From Octopus sinensis (taxonomy: Eukaryota), in the NCBI RefSeq assembly GCF_006345805.1, contig NC_042997.1, positions 189,844,001-189,908,000 on the forward strand: DNA of 64,000 bases. Reading direction: 5' to 3'. Shown piece after piece: positions 25,961 to 41,142 of the stretch; positions within the stretch are counted from its first letter, which is position 1; each line of letters starts with the position of its first letter. Position numbers and translations under genes: made by a program. Under the pieces are notes generated by a model. The model ran no database searches and was not told where the DNA came from. It saw only the letters and a program-made list of their open reading frames with translations.

Positions 25961-27580
25961 TATATAAATTCGATGCAACAAGTACCAGGCGTGAAAAAAA
26001 TAGATCCTAGAAAATCCTTACAGCCATTTAACACTTAACTTGTGATCTCCAAACCCACAAATTTAAATACTACAAACATCTATGTTTGAAGCATTATTGA
26101 AAGGGAGACTAATCGACACCCCCACATTACCATAGCATCAGTGAAGGCTACAATTTTCAATATGACGTCCAAAATATATAAGGTCCATTTAGTGTGGGCT
26201 GGCTATGATTCCGATACCGTATCGAAGCAGTCATCTAAGCTGATTCATATATGGACAAGTGTGCAATTTGTTATTAAAATACATGTGGTTTTTCTTCTAA
26301 ATCAGAGCTGTTTTATAAAATTACCAAACATGTTCTCAAATACCCCTCACACGCTGTATACACAGATACACATAGACTTACACACATACATATGTGTGTT
26401 AGTCTAAGAAATATCAGGAGAAAACTGAAGAATTTTATTTGATATAAAAGACCAGACCTAAAACTATGTCCTGGTATGGCTTGAAACTGCAAACAGTTGT
26501 GGGGCCCTGTTGGCCACATTGTTCTCAGGTCTACTCTGACTAGCAATAGTAGCACCTGTCAATGTCCCAGGTATAGGTTAATTAGAGAGACAATAGAGTT
26601 GATGGAACTTATCTGCTTGGGGTAGGGGGCAACATGTCAAGGGGAATGAAAACCCAGAGTCCAAATCTCCGCTGTCTTGCGACCGTACCAAATCATGGGT
26701 AAGGCTTAGGAATAAATTCCGAGAAAAAAAAATCGGAAATCGAAGTCCCTGAGACAGTAAGACATTTTGTAAAACCTCATTCTGGCAACTCCTGCGACAA
26801 AGCTGGGCCAAATTGTGAAGCCTGGGTCATTGCTTTGGATCCATCAGGGCCGAGGAAAGGGGTACATATTGCGTATGCAACAACCTGTCCTCTCTACCAT
26901 ACTGTGATGACTCGGATCTTATCGAACCCCCTTTACTGGAGGGAGTGAACCGGATATCATCGCTGTTCTAGGAGGACAGACAGTTAGGGGTCTTCATTCA
27001 TGGTGATCAGTGACAGAGGCCAAAATCTTAAGCTAAAAAGCACCGTGATCTGGTCTTTTTCTCTAAGAATTTGTTTTGTGTGGATATCACGATGATGGTC
27101 GTTCAGAGATGCTTGGTGTTTTTTAAACGTTATTTCAGAGCTGAGGAAAGAATATTAGAATTAAAAATGTTGCCACTTCGACAGTTTACAATATATTCTA
27201 ATCAAGGTACGAAATAAAAACAAAGCCTGGAAACAAGGCATAATGAAAATCGATAAAATAAGCAAAAAATAATTAATTTACAGAGAATGAAAATATAATG
27301 GGTAACTTGTTTTGATTACAAAATTTGGAGGGAAACGCAAAACAATTATATTGGAGACTGTTGAAGAATGTTGCAATACGACGGAGTATGGTTTTGCACG
27401 AAGCAACTAGAAAATATATCCCAGCTGTCAAATTTTTCAACACAAGATTACCTTTATAAATAACCACAGTTTGATCACAATTGAAACACTATCTCTAACA
27501 ACAAAAAACCGTTTCATAACTACCTACCTACCACCTACGTACATATGTATATGTATATGAATCTATATATGTATATGTGC

Positions 27581-27649
27581 ATATATGTATGTGTATAGGT
27601 TTCTATATATGTATGTGTATAGGTCTCTATATATGTATGTGTATAGGTC

Positions 27650-27730
<81 letters not shown>

Positions 27731-27765
27731 ATATCTGTCTATCTATCTATCTATCTATCTATCTA
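27581..27765. repeat. 24-bp unit x3 grading into (TATC)n
   Basis: 'atatatgtatgtgtataggt(t/c)tct' three times, then a TATC run. Confidence 0.9.
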
Positions 27766-28934
27766 ATGAAGCTAGAGTAGGTGAATTTAATTTTCGGCGG
27801 TTTCAACTTTAAAGGTAGTTTCATTATTAAGAAATACACAGAAAACAACCAAAGGGAAATTATTTATTTAGCTGATGCTGAGTTTCTTTGCTTCAATGCT
27901 TCATGTATTGGTTTACAAAATTAAATTAGTTTGGCTGATATTTATGTTTTGGCTTAGTCAATACTAACGGGAAATCTTTCTAATCTTTGAAACCATTGCG
28001 GAAAAAATATAAAGCTCGCAGCATTGTTTTTCTTAAAGTAAGCTAAATTATAAAATTTTTAGCATGACATAATCTCAAAGTACTTCTTTATTTTTTTTTT
28101 ACTATGATCGTAACAATCCTCTAACAAAAATACAGGATTAATAATCAGCAGTTCCAATCACTCGTGGAATATGTGGAATCCATATCTACAATTGTAGAAT
28201 TGTTAATATATTGTATTCAAAGATTTTCTTAGTAAAAAAAAAAGTTTCACTTATCATAACACAGACGCAGAAATATACATAGACACTCACACATACATAC
28301 ACAAACACACTTGCGCGCAAACATGAACAGAGTCACTTGCATACATAGAGGCATATATACATGCATGTACGTGATTTCTTTAATACAGATGTATGGATAT
28401 TTTTGGCGTATAGATAAGGTCAGGTAACAAGATACAGAAGCGTGGCGAAAGTCTAAGCAAACGAATGAAGTAAGTAAACGAAGAATGATCGTTTCTGTGT
28501 TAGGAGGCACAGGGCCAGCAATTTCTAGACGAGGACTAGAGGCACTGAAGGGTAAAGTTGACCTCGGCACGATTTATATAATCATTAATCGAAGAGTCGG
28601 GTGAATACTTCAACGCATTATCTCCGATGCTCTACCGATGCTGACCATCTAAACACCCAAAATAATAATGGTTTCAAATTTTGGTACAAAACCAGCAATT
28701 TCGAAGGAAGGGGCAAGTCGATTGCATCGATCCTAGTGTTCCATGGTACTTATTTTATCGGCTCCGAAAGAATGAAAGGCAAAGTCCAGCTCGGCAGAAT
28801 GTTTACTTTTTATCGTAGGCAATTTTTTAGAACACATGATTTATGTGGCTAAAGAATCTATGACTCTTATTTCTAGCTGCGCCGGTGCTCACTGCACGCT
28901 TGCCCACTTTTAGTGATGGTGATATATATATATA

Positions 28935-29120
28935 TATGATAAATCGCTAGCCACTACACATTCTTTATTTCATCTCCTTGATTCTTTCTGTGTTCCTTTC
29001 AGTGAAAGAGCGTAGGCTCGAAACGTTAAAGACTTTTTCACTTACCGAGCGTTATATTAATACATCTGTCTGTTGTCTACTACACATGTCTTCGTCTTTT
29101 GATTTTTTATGAATTCTCCA
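28935..29120 (+). mobile_element. Penelope-terminus-like repeat
   Basis: 'gctagccactacac...gaaagagcgtaggctcgaaacgttaaagactttttc'; (TA)n on both sides; matches 62965-63150. Confidence 0.6.
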
Positions 29121-30084
29121 TATATATATATACATTCTAAATTATTAATACAGGTGTGTGACCTACTGGGTACAATGTTGAACTCACGATTATGAGGTTT
29201 GGGTCTGATACTTGGACAAGGAAGTATGTTGTGCCTCTGATCGAAACATTTCATTTCATATGGTTCTATTCCAGTGAAAATGAGTACCAGCAACTGAGGA
29301 TTAATCCCTTGATGGTCTGGCGTCAATTCAAGCCTCACGAATAACGTCGCAATCATTAAACAGACTTTAGCTTTAACTCGTTTATATTTATCTTTTGTGG
29401 GTAAGGAATCGGTTTAGTTAATTATGGTTTATAACAATTAGGGGAATTCATGTAACAAATTAAAGAGGCGTCAAAATAATACCAAAATACTCAGCCGTAT
29501 TGCCTGTTAAGAAGACAAAGCTTGGTAGGCATCTGGTTAAGTATCAAAACTTAAACCATTATAAATAAATCTATAATATGTTATACGATTGCGATGTTAG
29601 CTTTTTTGATGTCTTGATTATTCCATAACATTGCAATAAACGGCATTTATATGCATCCATCTCCATATCCACAATGCTAATACGTTGCTCTCATATTCAT
29701 GCATGTGTGTATCTATAATTATGCGTAGAGAGGGTGAGAGAAGGGGAGAAAGTGGGAGAGAGTGAGAGAATATTGACCCTAAATAACCGTACAGTAAGAG
29801 TTTAATGCATTGTTGTATTAATTAAATGTATTAATTAAAAAATTATGGTGTATCAGTCGGTTGAAAACGTTTAACTTGGGTATTTAATTTGCATGAATCT
29901 ATTTTAGTACATAATAATTACAGCTTGTTTTCATAAAATGAATTTAAATCTTCTTGAAAGCTTAAAGGCATACGAGGACTTAATATTAATATTTCCTTTG
30001 CTACTCGTGTACGAATCTTCATCTTCCTTGAAGGTGGCTACATCTATCGCTAGATAACAACGGTTTTCTCTGTTAATACAGAAA

Positions 30085-30332
30085 GACGATGTGGTACTTA
30101 TTTAATCGACCCTGAAAGGATGAAAGGCAAAGTCGACCTCGGCGGAATTTGAACTCAGAACGTAGCGGCAGACGAAATACAGCTAAGCATTTCGCCCGGC
30201 GTGCTAACGACTAGGTTCTGGGTTCAGTCCCACTGCATGACACTTTGGGCAAGTGTCTTCTACTATAGCCTCGGGCCAACTAAAGCCTTGTGAGTGGATT
30301 TGGTATACGGAAACTGAAAGTAGCACGTCGTA

Positions 30333-30424
<92 letters not shown>

Positions 30425-30440
30425 TCCCCCCAGCAGAGAG
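30085..30440. mobile_element. Head-to-head truncated SINE B (-) and SINE C (+)
   Basis: Junction 'cccggcgtgctaacg|actaggttctgggttcagtccc' near 30208. Confidence 0.8.
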
Positions 30441-30689
30441 GTTGGTGTTCACCATTTCAACAACAGAAAGTCTTTAAATTTGATAAAATTTCACATTTGA
30501 AATCTAGCAGATCAGTAGAATTCTTATGCACAAAAAAAAAAAAAAGAATATGAGATCTTTCGCCAAAGCAAGCCTGCATCTCTTTGATACATGAACGTCT
30601 GGTGTTAATGGCTCCACATTCATCCAATAATTGGTGTGTAATATGCAGTTGGCCTTCACAACTCAGATATGGCTAGATAAATTCCTGGA

Positions 30690-31058
30690 TTCCTTATCGA
30701 CGTGTCGGAAAGAAATTGGTTGTAGGCATCGGAGACCCCCTTCGGTCACGACACAGACCATGGGATTGCACCTAGAAAGTTACCCTCCTAGACACAAGTC
30801 CGGGCGAGGTTGTTTATGGAAGACCAGCAGTCGCCCATGCATACCAGCCTCCCCTCTCCACGCCACCAGTGTTATCCAAGGGAAAGACAAAGGTCGATAC
30901 AGCTTGGCACCAGTGACATCGCAACTCATTTCTACAGCTGAGTGAACTGGAGCAACGTGAAATAAAGTGCCTTGCTCAAGAACACAACACGCAGCCCGGT
31001 CCGGGATTCGAGCTCACAACCTCACGATCGTAAGCTTGACGCTCTAACCACTGAGGCA
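30690..31058 (-). mobile_element. SINE group A (head A2, CORE-like segment, tail Z)
   Basis: CORE-like 'gtgttgtgttcttgagcaaggcactttatttcacgttgctccagttcactcagctg' shared with 3436-3685, but a different tail. Confidence 0.8.
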
Positions 31059-31199
31059 TATTGCATTTTAAAGCCACCTTTGCAAATAGCAATATAATTT
31101 TTCATTTTTATTTTCTAATGTTGGATCACTTCTGTGACTTTGGCTTCATAAAGAAATTAGCTGGTCATATTACTTTGTCGAAAAATTTTAAAAATTATA

Positions 31200-33050
31200 T
31201 ATACTCTTCTCCTGTCTCCGGGTGAGTAGTGATATACGAAGTAATACTACAAATAATTGCCATGCCTTTTTCTTCCCCATCCATGACGTAAAGCCCGCTT
31301 CACTTATCGATTCAGTTATTTTTTGTCCAATTCAGTGGACGACTGTGAAGATCGCCAACATGTCTGCTGACGCTGGAGATCTTTCTAATATATTGTCAAG
31401 ATCCTCGAATAAGTGAGCACCTTCAAGCACTGATATATGTTCGGGCCGATCTCTGAATGACACCTTCACCTGAAAATTCGAAATATATTTGAGTCCTCAT
31501 GAAGACATTTTTCAGTTCACAAGACACAATGTCCACTTTGGTGATATCTGCATCCCCTGGAGGCAAATGAGTCGTCATCTCTCCATGGTTCACATGCAGT
31601 GGCGAACCGTACAAAATTTTGTCAGTTATGCATGGATAAGCTAATACGTCGCATATCTTAATAATTTCCTCAACCCAAATTTCCGACGTCCATATATTTT
31701 CGACTCCAGAACCTGTCCTCAGTTACTCTAAAACAGGTAGATATGGCTTACGGATGAGGAAGATACTATGTCTTTGAAAGTGGTCCTTTCAGCTAATGTT
31801 GTTGCAGTATGCAGTGATGAGAGATCTACTGGCAGTGCAAGGTTATACAATCAACTGATGGCCAGGCGTCCCGATATTATTGGTAAAGTGACCTTTCTGT
31901 AACTTGTTCATATTCAAAACTAGCATTTTGTTTCCGAGTATTCTCCGTATTAGTCGATTTTGGGCGGTGAAGTAATTAACCTCTAAGCACGCTGCGGTTA
32001 TGTAGAGGAGCTATCTCAGTTTGCTTTTCGGAAAGATTTTTATGCAGCATGACATAAGATAAATGAACGTCCAGATATTGCAGTGACTCAATTAGATGTT
32101 CGTGTTATTTTATCATCTTTTAGTGAACGATTATTGTTACAGATATGGGACACTCGAGGATTGCGATTCCTCGTCCAGCATAAGTGAATATTGGACAGCA
32201 TCTCATCACATCATTGTATAATTACTTTTTTGTCTGAAGATTAACTTATATTTGCGCAAGCTTGATTAGTACAGGGGTAACTTGGGGAAAACAACCACCT
32301 ACAACAGTGGGAATGTCATCGATATTGGTGTCACTCAAGCAATACACATTCATAGCTACTTGTATGCTTTAACAATCTTATTAATAACAATAAAATTGTA
32401 GACTGACATTCTGAAACTTCATTTCGCTGAAGTCTAATTGTCGACTGGAAGGCGTATGCGGGTGTTTCTCAGCATGGGGAATATTTCTTGAATTCGACAT
32501 GAACAGTGTCACTGTAACATATTGACCAAAATAACCGTAGATCCTGTCATCATTTCTAAACTAGCAGCGATTACGGCGGTAGCTTTGCACTCAACTTTTC
32601 CCAGCAAAATTCAGCTGATTTGGTTATAACACGGCCTGCTATTTAAGCTTGGCTTTTTGAATTCCAATGGTTTAAAGATTCTGTCCACGAAAATAGCTTT
32701 TAATCAACCATGTTTCTGCTTTTGTTTTTAGTTAATGCGCATGCCATTGCCAAATAGAACACACACACGTTGGGGTCAAATAATTTGTGTTATAGTGGTA
32801 AAAAGTTTAGTACCTGATTCATCACTTTGGTTACTTGCCAAATCTGTCAGATAAAGGTATGAGATTGCGCAGGACCACTCATGGATCATTGAGGTCATAT
32901 CTATGGGGACGACATAATCAGTCAAACATGTATCATTCGATCCGGCAAGAATGTATCATTAGAAAAATCAGTGTTTTTATAGTAATTCGTAGAAAAAAAT
33001 TTATCCCAGAGATTAGCCTGCATATCACCTGATGAAATTATTTTCAGATT
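31200..33050 (-). pseudogene. Heavily decayed ORF with XPG/FEN1-like nuclease motifs, probably transposon-derived
   Basis: Minus-strand motif order 'HIYLF*SN..SK..GRR', 'N*QNFVRF', 'PGDADITKV', 'GFTSWMGKKKAWQL'; many stops and frameshifts; the upstream 1.2 kb could not be decoded. Confidence 0.35.
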
Positions 33051-33174
33051 CATTACATTTCGTGGTCAACGGGCTTGACGTCTACTTAGATACCTTGCTG
33101 TTTTTTAAAAATCAAATATAGGTATCGGAGCCTTTTATGTGGCCGTCCGCCTGCTAAGCTTGGTGGTATGGCCT

Positions 33175-33400
33175 TGAGCTGGCAGAAACGTTACCACACC
33201 GGGCGAAATGATTAGCGGTATTTCGTCTGCGTTACGTTCTGAGTTCAAATTCCGCCGAGGTCAACTTTGCCTTTCATCCTTTCGGGGTCGATAAATTAAG
33301 TACCAGTTACGCACTGGAGTCGATGTAATCGACTTAATACCTATGTCTGTCCTTGTTTGTCCCCTCTGTGTTTAGCCCCTTGTGGGTAATAAAGAAATAG
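33175..33400 (+). mobile_element. SINE group B
   Basis: TSD ggtatggccttg on both sides. Confidence 0.9.
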
Positions 33401-33920
33401 GTATGGCCTTGTGCCTAATCATAACGAGCATCAAACTTAAACGTACCTTCAATTGATTTCCGGTACAATTACTACAGACTACTTGCCAAATTCAAAGCAG
33501 TAAAACAGTATGCAATGAAAATGTAGAAGTGGGGCGTGGCGAAATTGTATTGAAAGTAATCAGTTATAACTATATATATATATGCTATTGTGTAGACTGA
33601 GCTGTCAAATGATTGATTAAATAAAATAAATAAATATATTGAGCTGCTGCTGTCATAGCTAGCCTTATATCTTGACTATACGGTTTATGTTCATGGCAAA
33701 ATACCTAGTCTTTTATTGCCAGCTAATGAAAATCCTAATAAATCATAGCGTGTCTGTTCAATAAAATGAACCTTGTTATGATACCTAATTAGCAACTAAT
33801 TAACCAATGCCAGGGAGGATATCACAACTCATGTGTAACATAATTCAGTTCCATCATACTGGAATGCTTGTATATTTTCTGCTTAAAATATAAGTAGCCA
33901 TAGCTTATACTGTTAAGATT

Positions 33921-34560
33921 ACTTATTTCTTCATTGCCCACAAGGGGCTAAACATAGAGGGGACAAATAAGGACAGACAAAGGGATTAAGTCGATTAGAT
34001 CGACCGCAGTGCATAACTGGTACTTAATTTATCGACCCCGACAGGATGAACGGCAAAGTCGACCTCGGTGGAATTCGAACTCAGAACGTAACGGCAGACG
34101 AAATGCCGCTAAGCATTTCGCTCGGCGTGCTAACGTTTCTTATTTCTTTATTACCCACAAGGGGCTAAACATAAAGGGGACAAACAAGGACAGACAAAGG
34201 GGTTAAGTCGATTACATCGACCCCAGTGCGTAACTGCTACTTAATTTATCGACCCCAAAAGAATGAAAAGTAAAGTCGACCTCGGCGGAATTTGAACTCA
34301 GAACGTAACGGCAGACGAAATACCTATTTCTTTGCTACCCACAAGGGGCTAAAAACAGAGAGGACAAACAAGAACAGACTAAGGAATAAGTCGATTATAT
34401 CGACCCCAGTGCGTAACTGGTACTTAATTTATCGACCCCGAAAGGATGAAAGGCAAAGTCGACCTCAACGGAATTTGAACTCAGAACGCAACGGCAGACG
34501 AAATACCGCTAAGCATTTCGCCCGACGTACTAACGTTTCTGCCAGCTCGCCGCCTTAAAG
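33921..34560 (-). mobile_element. SINE group B trimer
   Basis: Three bodies; 14-bp TSD at(a/g)ctgttaagatt at 33907-33920 and 34561-34574. Confidence 0.9.
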
Positions 34561-34697
34561 ATGCTGTTAAGATTTCTAATTGAATGCATGTGTGTATATG
34601 TGCGCACGCATGAACATGCACACACACGCACAATATATATATATACGTAAACATATACATGTACATATATTTATATATGTATATGTATACAGCTACA

Positions 34698-34792
<95 letters not shown>

Positions 34793-35399
34793 ATGCTATT
34801 AAAACTCTGTGACTGCTTGCTTGCCTGCTTGCTTGCGTGTGTGATTGTATGTAATTTAATACAGTCAAACTGACGCATAATGGGAATTACTCTGAAAGTA
34901 AGCTACCGCTGAAATGTGAATACAAACGGAATAAAACAAGTTTCACTTTTATCGGACCACGGATTCCCGGGACACGCAATTTTTTCGGGTACCTTCATAA
35001 ATAGCCAAAACGATGCATAATGAGAAAATACTCCGAAAGTAACGTAACCCTGAAATGGGAATATATAATATTGTGAAAACTGTTTCCATTAATTTTATAT
35101 TTACGTTATATAACAATTCCTTTTGCATTTTTGTAGAAGTGAGCTCATAACCATAAATAAATGTTGTTACTGGAGTCCAAGTTTATCCTGGAAGTTCTAT
35201 TTCTATTAGATGCTGTAAATAATCAATAAAACCTTAAACCTGAACTTGTAAGCTAGACCTATGATGTGACGAACGAAATGAGATATTTAACTGATTCCTA
35301 AAAAAATTTACTTTCATTTCAATGCCATGTTGAAATCAGCTTCAATGTTTCATAACCTGAACCGCCAGTGACCCAACTGGTCACGAGTAGTCTAGTGAA

Positions 35400-35482
<83 letters not shown>

Positions 35483-35503
35483 CAACTATCTATCTATCTG
35501 TCT

Positions 35504-36733
35504 GTGGTCGCCGTTTGTGAGGCACGCTTTCCCGCAGCTCGTCTCCATGACCGAACTGCAGTCCTGGATCAAAAAGAGGCCGAGGAAGGGCAAATGGCAT
35601 CGCGAGAATCGCGTTGCTCTCAAGCAACTCTGCCGTCCTGGGTCGACCTTGAGTGACTTCATCACAACCAAAGCATTCTATAGAGGATTAGTGGAGGGGA
35701 GGTACGACGACGAGCTCGGGGCGAACCTGGACGTCGACGAGGAGTACCTGACCCGCCTGTTCTGGACGACTTTCGGGCCAGGGCCCATGGACAACTTCCA
35801 GAGATCCCTGGCCTGGCAGTGCTACTGAGAAGCGCTACCCGTTCGGGATAAGCTCTACAGACACGGCTCGAGAAACACGGGGCCCCCCTTCCCGAGATGC
35901 GGTCAGAGCGACGAAACCGTTCTGCGCGCACTCGTGCAGTGTCCAAAAATTTCTGACCTGTGGGCTTATGTTGAACAACTGCTGTCACGTGTGGGACGAG
36001 TCGGTTTATCATCTGAGTCTATCGTCAATATTGTCACGCCTCCTTCCTTCAAACGGGAAGGAAGAGCTATTTTCATCATCCTTGTGGCTATGGCGAAAGA
36101 ATGTATCTGGTGGACGCGTCTGAAAGGATTGGAGACAAACACTTTCCTCCCTGGTCAACCTCTCATCAACTTCTTCAAGTACCACTTGAAAAGTAAAGTG
36201 AGAGTAGAGAGGCAAGTTTTGTCTAGCGAATGTTTTAAAAAAAGATGAGTGAATGTAGCAAGGATGGCACGTATGAATGACGAAGCCACCTTGAGCATAA
36301 TCCTATGAACCCAGAAATTGAAAACAGAGGGTTACCCACTTGCAAACAAATGTGGTAACATATAACAATATTGACCAAGGTTACAGTGGTCTTTTTCGTA
36401 GGCTTTTCTTCCCACGGATAAACCTTACTTGCTTTCTCTTTACACCATACATCATAACACTGTGATATACGATCCCTATTGATCGTTTTTTTTCCTCATA
36501 CCCTTTTCCCCCTTTTTTCTTCTTTTTTTTCATTTCTCTTTTCTTTTGTTCCTTTTCCTTTTTAATTTTATTTTTTGTTCTTTTTTTCCTTTTACGATCC
36601 CTTTTGATCGAAAACCTACGCCACCTTTTTTGTTGTTTCTTTTGTTTTTTGTTTTTTTCATCCCCCAAAAGAAAATCTGTACCTTGTAACTTGTCCCATC
36701 TGTGTGCAGCCCTGTGTGGCCAATAAAGAAACT
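35504..36733 (+). mobile_element. L1/Tx1-like LINE 3' end, array unit 1 (longest)
   Basis: '[24 protein letters not shown]...[24 protein letters not shown]' is a zf-RVT-type C-terminus; T-rich 3' UTR; ends aataaagaaact|(TATC)n; (TATC)n also upstream. Confidence 0.85.
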
Positions 36734-36750
36734 TATCTATCTGTCTGACA

Positions 36751-36802
<52 letters not shown>

Positions 36803-36811
36803 GTCTATCTG

Positions 36812-36855
<44 letters not shown>

Positions 36856-37760
36856 CCGAGAAGCGCTACCCGTTCGGGATAAGCTCTACAGACACGGCTC
36901 GAGAAACACGGAGCCCACCTGCCCGAGATGCGGTCAGAGTGACGAAACCGTTCTGCACGCACTCGTGCAGTGTCCAAAAATTTCTGACCTGTGGGCTTAT
37001 GTTGAACAACTGCTGTCACGTGTGGGACGAGTCGGTTTATCATCTGAGTCTATCGTCAATATTGTCACGCCTCCTTCCTTCAAACGGGAAGGAAGAGCTA
37101 TTTTCATCATCCTTGTGGCTATGGCGAAAGAATGTATCTGGTGGACGCGTCTGAAAGGATTGGAGACAAACATTTTCCTCCCTGGTCAACCTCTCATTAA
37201 CTTCTTCAAGTACCACTTGAAAAGTAAAGTGAGAGTAGAGAGGCAAGTTTTGTCTAGCGAATGTTTTAAAAAAAGATGAGTGAATGTAGCAAGGATGGCA
37301 CGTATGAATGACGAAGCCACCTTGAGCATAATCCTATGAACCCAGAAATTGAAAACAGAGGGTTACCCACTTGCAAACAAATGTGGTAACATATAACAAT
37401 ATTGACCAAGGTTACAGTGGTCTTTTTCGTAGGCTTTTCTTCCCACGGATAAACCTTACTTGCTTTCTCCTTTACACCATACATCATAACACTGTGATAC
37501 ACGATCCCTATTGATCGTTTTTTTTCCTCATACCCTTTTTTCCCCTTTTTTCTTCTTTTTTTTCATTTCGCTTTTCTTTTGTTCCTTTTCCTTTTTAATT
37601 TTATTTTTTGTTCTTTTTTTCCCTTTTACGATCCCTTTTGATCGAAAACCTACGCCACCTTTTTTGTTGTTTCTTTTGTTTTTTGTATCCCCCAAAAGAA
37701 AATCTGTACCTTGTAACTTGTCCCATCTGTGTGCAGCCCTGTGTGGCCAATAAAGAAACT
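36856..37760 (+). mobile_element. L1/Tx1-like LINE 3' end, unit 2 (type A)
   Basis: Starts tatcta|ccgagaagcg; intact CPRC...HALVQC; premature TGA at the W codon. Confidence 0.9.
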
Positions 37761-37777
37761 TATCTATCTGTCTGACA

Positions 37778-37990
<213 letters not shown>

Positions 37991-38891
37991 CCGAGAAGCG
38001 CTACCTGTTCGGGATAAGCTCTACAGACACGGCTCGAGAAACACGGGGCCCACCTGCCCGAGATGCGGTCAGAGCGACGAAACCGTTCTGCACGCACTCG
38101 TGCAGTGTCCAAAAATTTCCGACCTGTGGGCTTGTGTCGAACAACTGCTGTCACGTGTGGGACGAGTCGGTTTATCAGCTGAGTCTATCGTCAATATTAT
38201 CACGCCTCCTTCCTTCAAACGGGAAGGAAGAGCTATCTTCATCATCCTTGTGGCTATGGCGAAAGAATGTATCTGGTGGACGCGTCTGAAAGGATTGGAG
38301 ACAAACACTTTCCTCTCTGGTCAATCTCTCATTAACTTCTTCAAGTACCACTTGAAAAGGAAAGTGAGAGTAGAGAGGCAAGTTTTGTCTAGCGAATGTT
38401 TTAAAAAAAGATGAGTGAATGTAGCAAGGATGGCACGTATGAATGACGAAGCCACCTTGAGCATAATCCTATGAACCCAGAAATTGAAAACAGAGGGTTA
38501 CCCACTTGCAAACAAATGTGGTAACATATAACAATATTGACCAAGGTTACAGTGGTCTTTTTCGTAGGCTTTTCTTCCCACGGATAAACCTTACTTGCTT
38601 TCTCCTTTACACCATACATCATAACACTGTGATATACGATCCCTATTGATCGTTTTTTTCCTCATACCCTTTTCCCCCTTTTTTCTTCTTTTTTTTCATT
38701 TCTCTTTTCTTTTGTTCCTTTTCCTTTTTAATTTTATTTTTTGTTCTTTTTTTCCTTTTACGATCCCTTTTGATCGAAAACCTACGCCACCTTTTTTGTT
38801 GTTTCTTTTGTTTTTTTCATCCCCCAAAAGAAAATCTGTACCTTGTAACTTGTCCCATCTGTGTGCAGCCCTGTGTGGCCAATAAAGAAAC

Positions 38892-38892
<1 letters not shown>
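37991..38892 (+). mobile_element. L1/Tx1-like LINE 3' end, unit 3 (type B)
   Basis: Same 5' junction as unit 2; diagnostic SNPs ttccgac, ttgtgtcg, tcagctg, attatc, aaaggaaag. Confidence 0.9.
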
Positions 38893-38957
<65 letters not shown>

Positions 38958-38958
38958 G

Positions 38959-39026
<68 letters not shown>

Positions 39027-39930
39027 CCGAGAAGCGCTACCCGTTCGGGATAAGCTCTACAGACACGGCTCGAGAAACACGGAGCCCACCTGCCCGAGAT
39101 GCGGTCAGAGTGACGAAACCGTTCTGCACGCACTCGTGCAGTGTCCAAAAATTTCTGACCTGTGGGCTTATGTTGAACAACTGCTGTCACGTGTGGGACG
39201 AGTCGGTTTATCATCTGAGTCTATCGTCAATATTGTCACGCCTCCTTCCTTCAAACGGGAAGGAAGAGCTATTTTCATCATCCTTGTGGCTATGGCGAAA
39301 GAATGTATCTGGTGGACGCGTCTGAAAGGATTGGAGACAAACATTTTCCTCCCTGGTCAACCTCTCATTAACTTCTTCAAGTACCACTTGAAAAGTAAAG
39401 TGAGAGTAGAGAGGCAAGTTTTGTCTAGCGAATGTTTTAAAAAAAGATGGGTGAATGTAGCAAGGATGGCACGTATGAATGACGAAGCCACCTTGAGCAT
39501 AATCCTATGAACCCAGAAATTGAAAATAGAGGGTTACCCACTTGCAAACAAATGTGGTAACATATAACAATATTGACCAAGGTTACCGTGGTCTTTTTCG
39601 TAGGCTTTTCTTCCCACGGATAAACCTTACTTGCCTTCTCCTTTACACCATACATCAAAACACTGTGATACACGATCCCTATTGATCGTTTCTTTTCCTC
39701 TTCCCCTTTTTTCCCCTTTTTTCTTCTTTTTTTCATTTCTCATTTCTTTTGTTCCTTTTCCTTTTTAATTTTATTTTTTGTTCTTTTTTTCCCTTTTACG
39801 ATCCCTTTTGATCGAAAACCTACGCCACCTTTTTTGTTGTTTCTTTTGTTTTTTGTATCCCCCAAAAGAAAATCTGTACCTTGTAACTTGTCCCATCTGT
39901 GTGCAGCCCTGTGTGGCCAATAAAGAAACT
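39027..39930 (+). mobile_element. L1/Tx1-like LINE 3' end, unit 4 (type A, open frame)
   Basis: Coding part matches unit 2 but has TGG, so the frame runs to ...ATLSIIL* (stop ends 39510). Confidence 0.9.
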
Positions 39931-39952
39931 TATCTATCTATCTATCTGTCTG

Positions 39953-41092
<1,140 letters not shown>

Positions 41093-41109
41093 CATCTATC
41101 TGTCTATCA

Positions 41110-41142
<33 letters not shown>

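Noticed and set aside
26440-27060. GC-elevated, TE-like segment
   Set aside because: I could not recover any diagnostic motif in six frames, so it is left unclassified.
38770-39510. 246-aa ORF, the longest in the track
   Set aside because: Chance in-frame fusion of a LINE 3' UTR, a TATC tract and the truncated ORF2 of unit 4; it has no ATG start.
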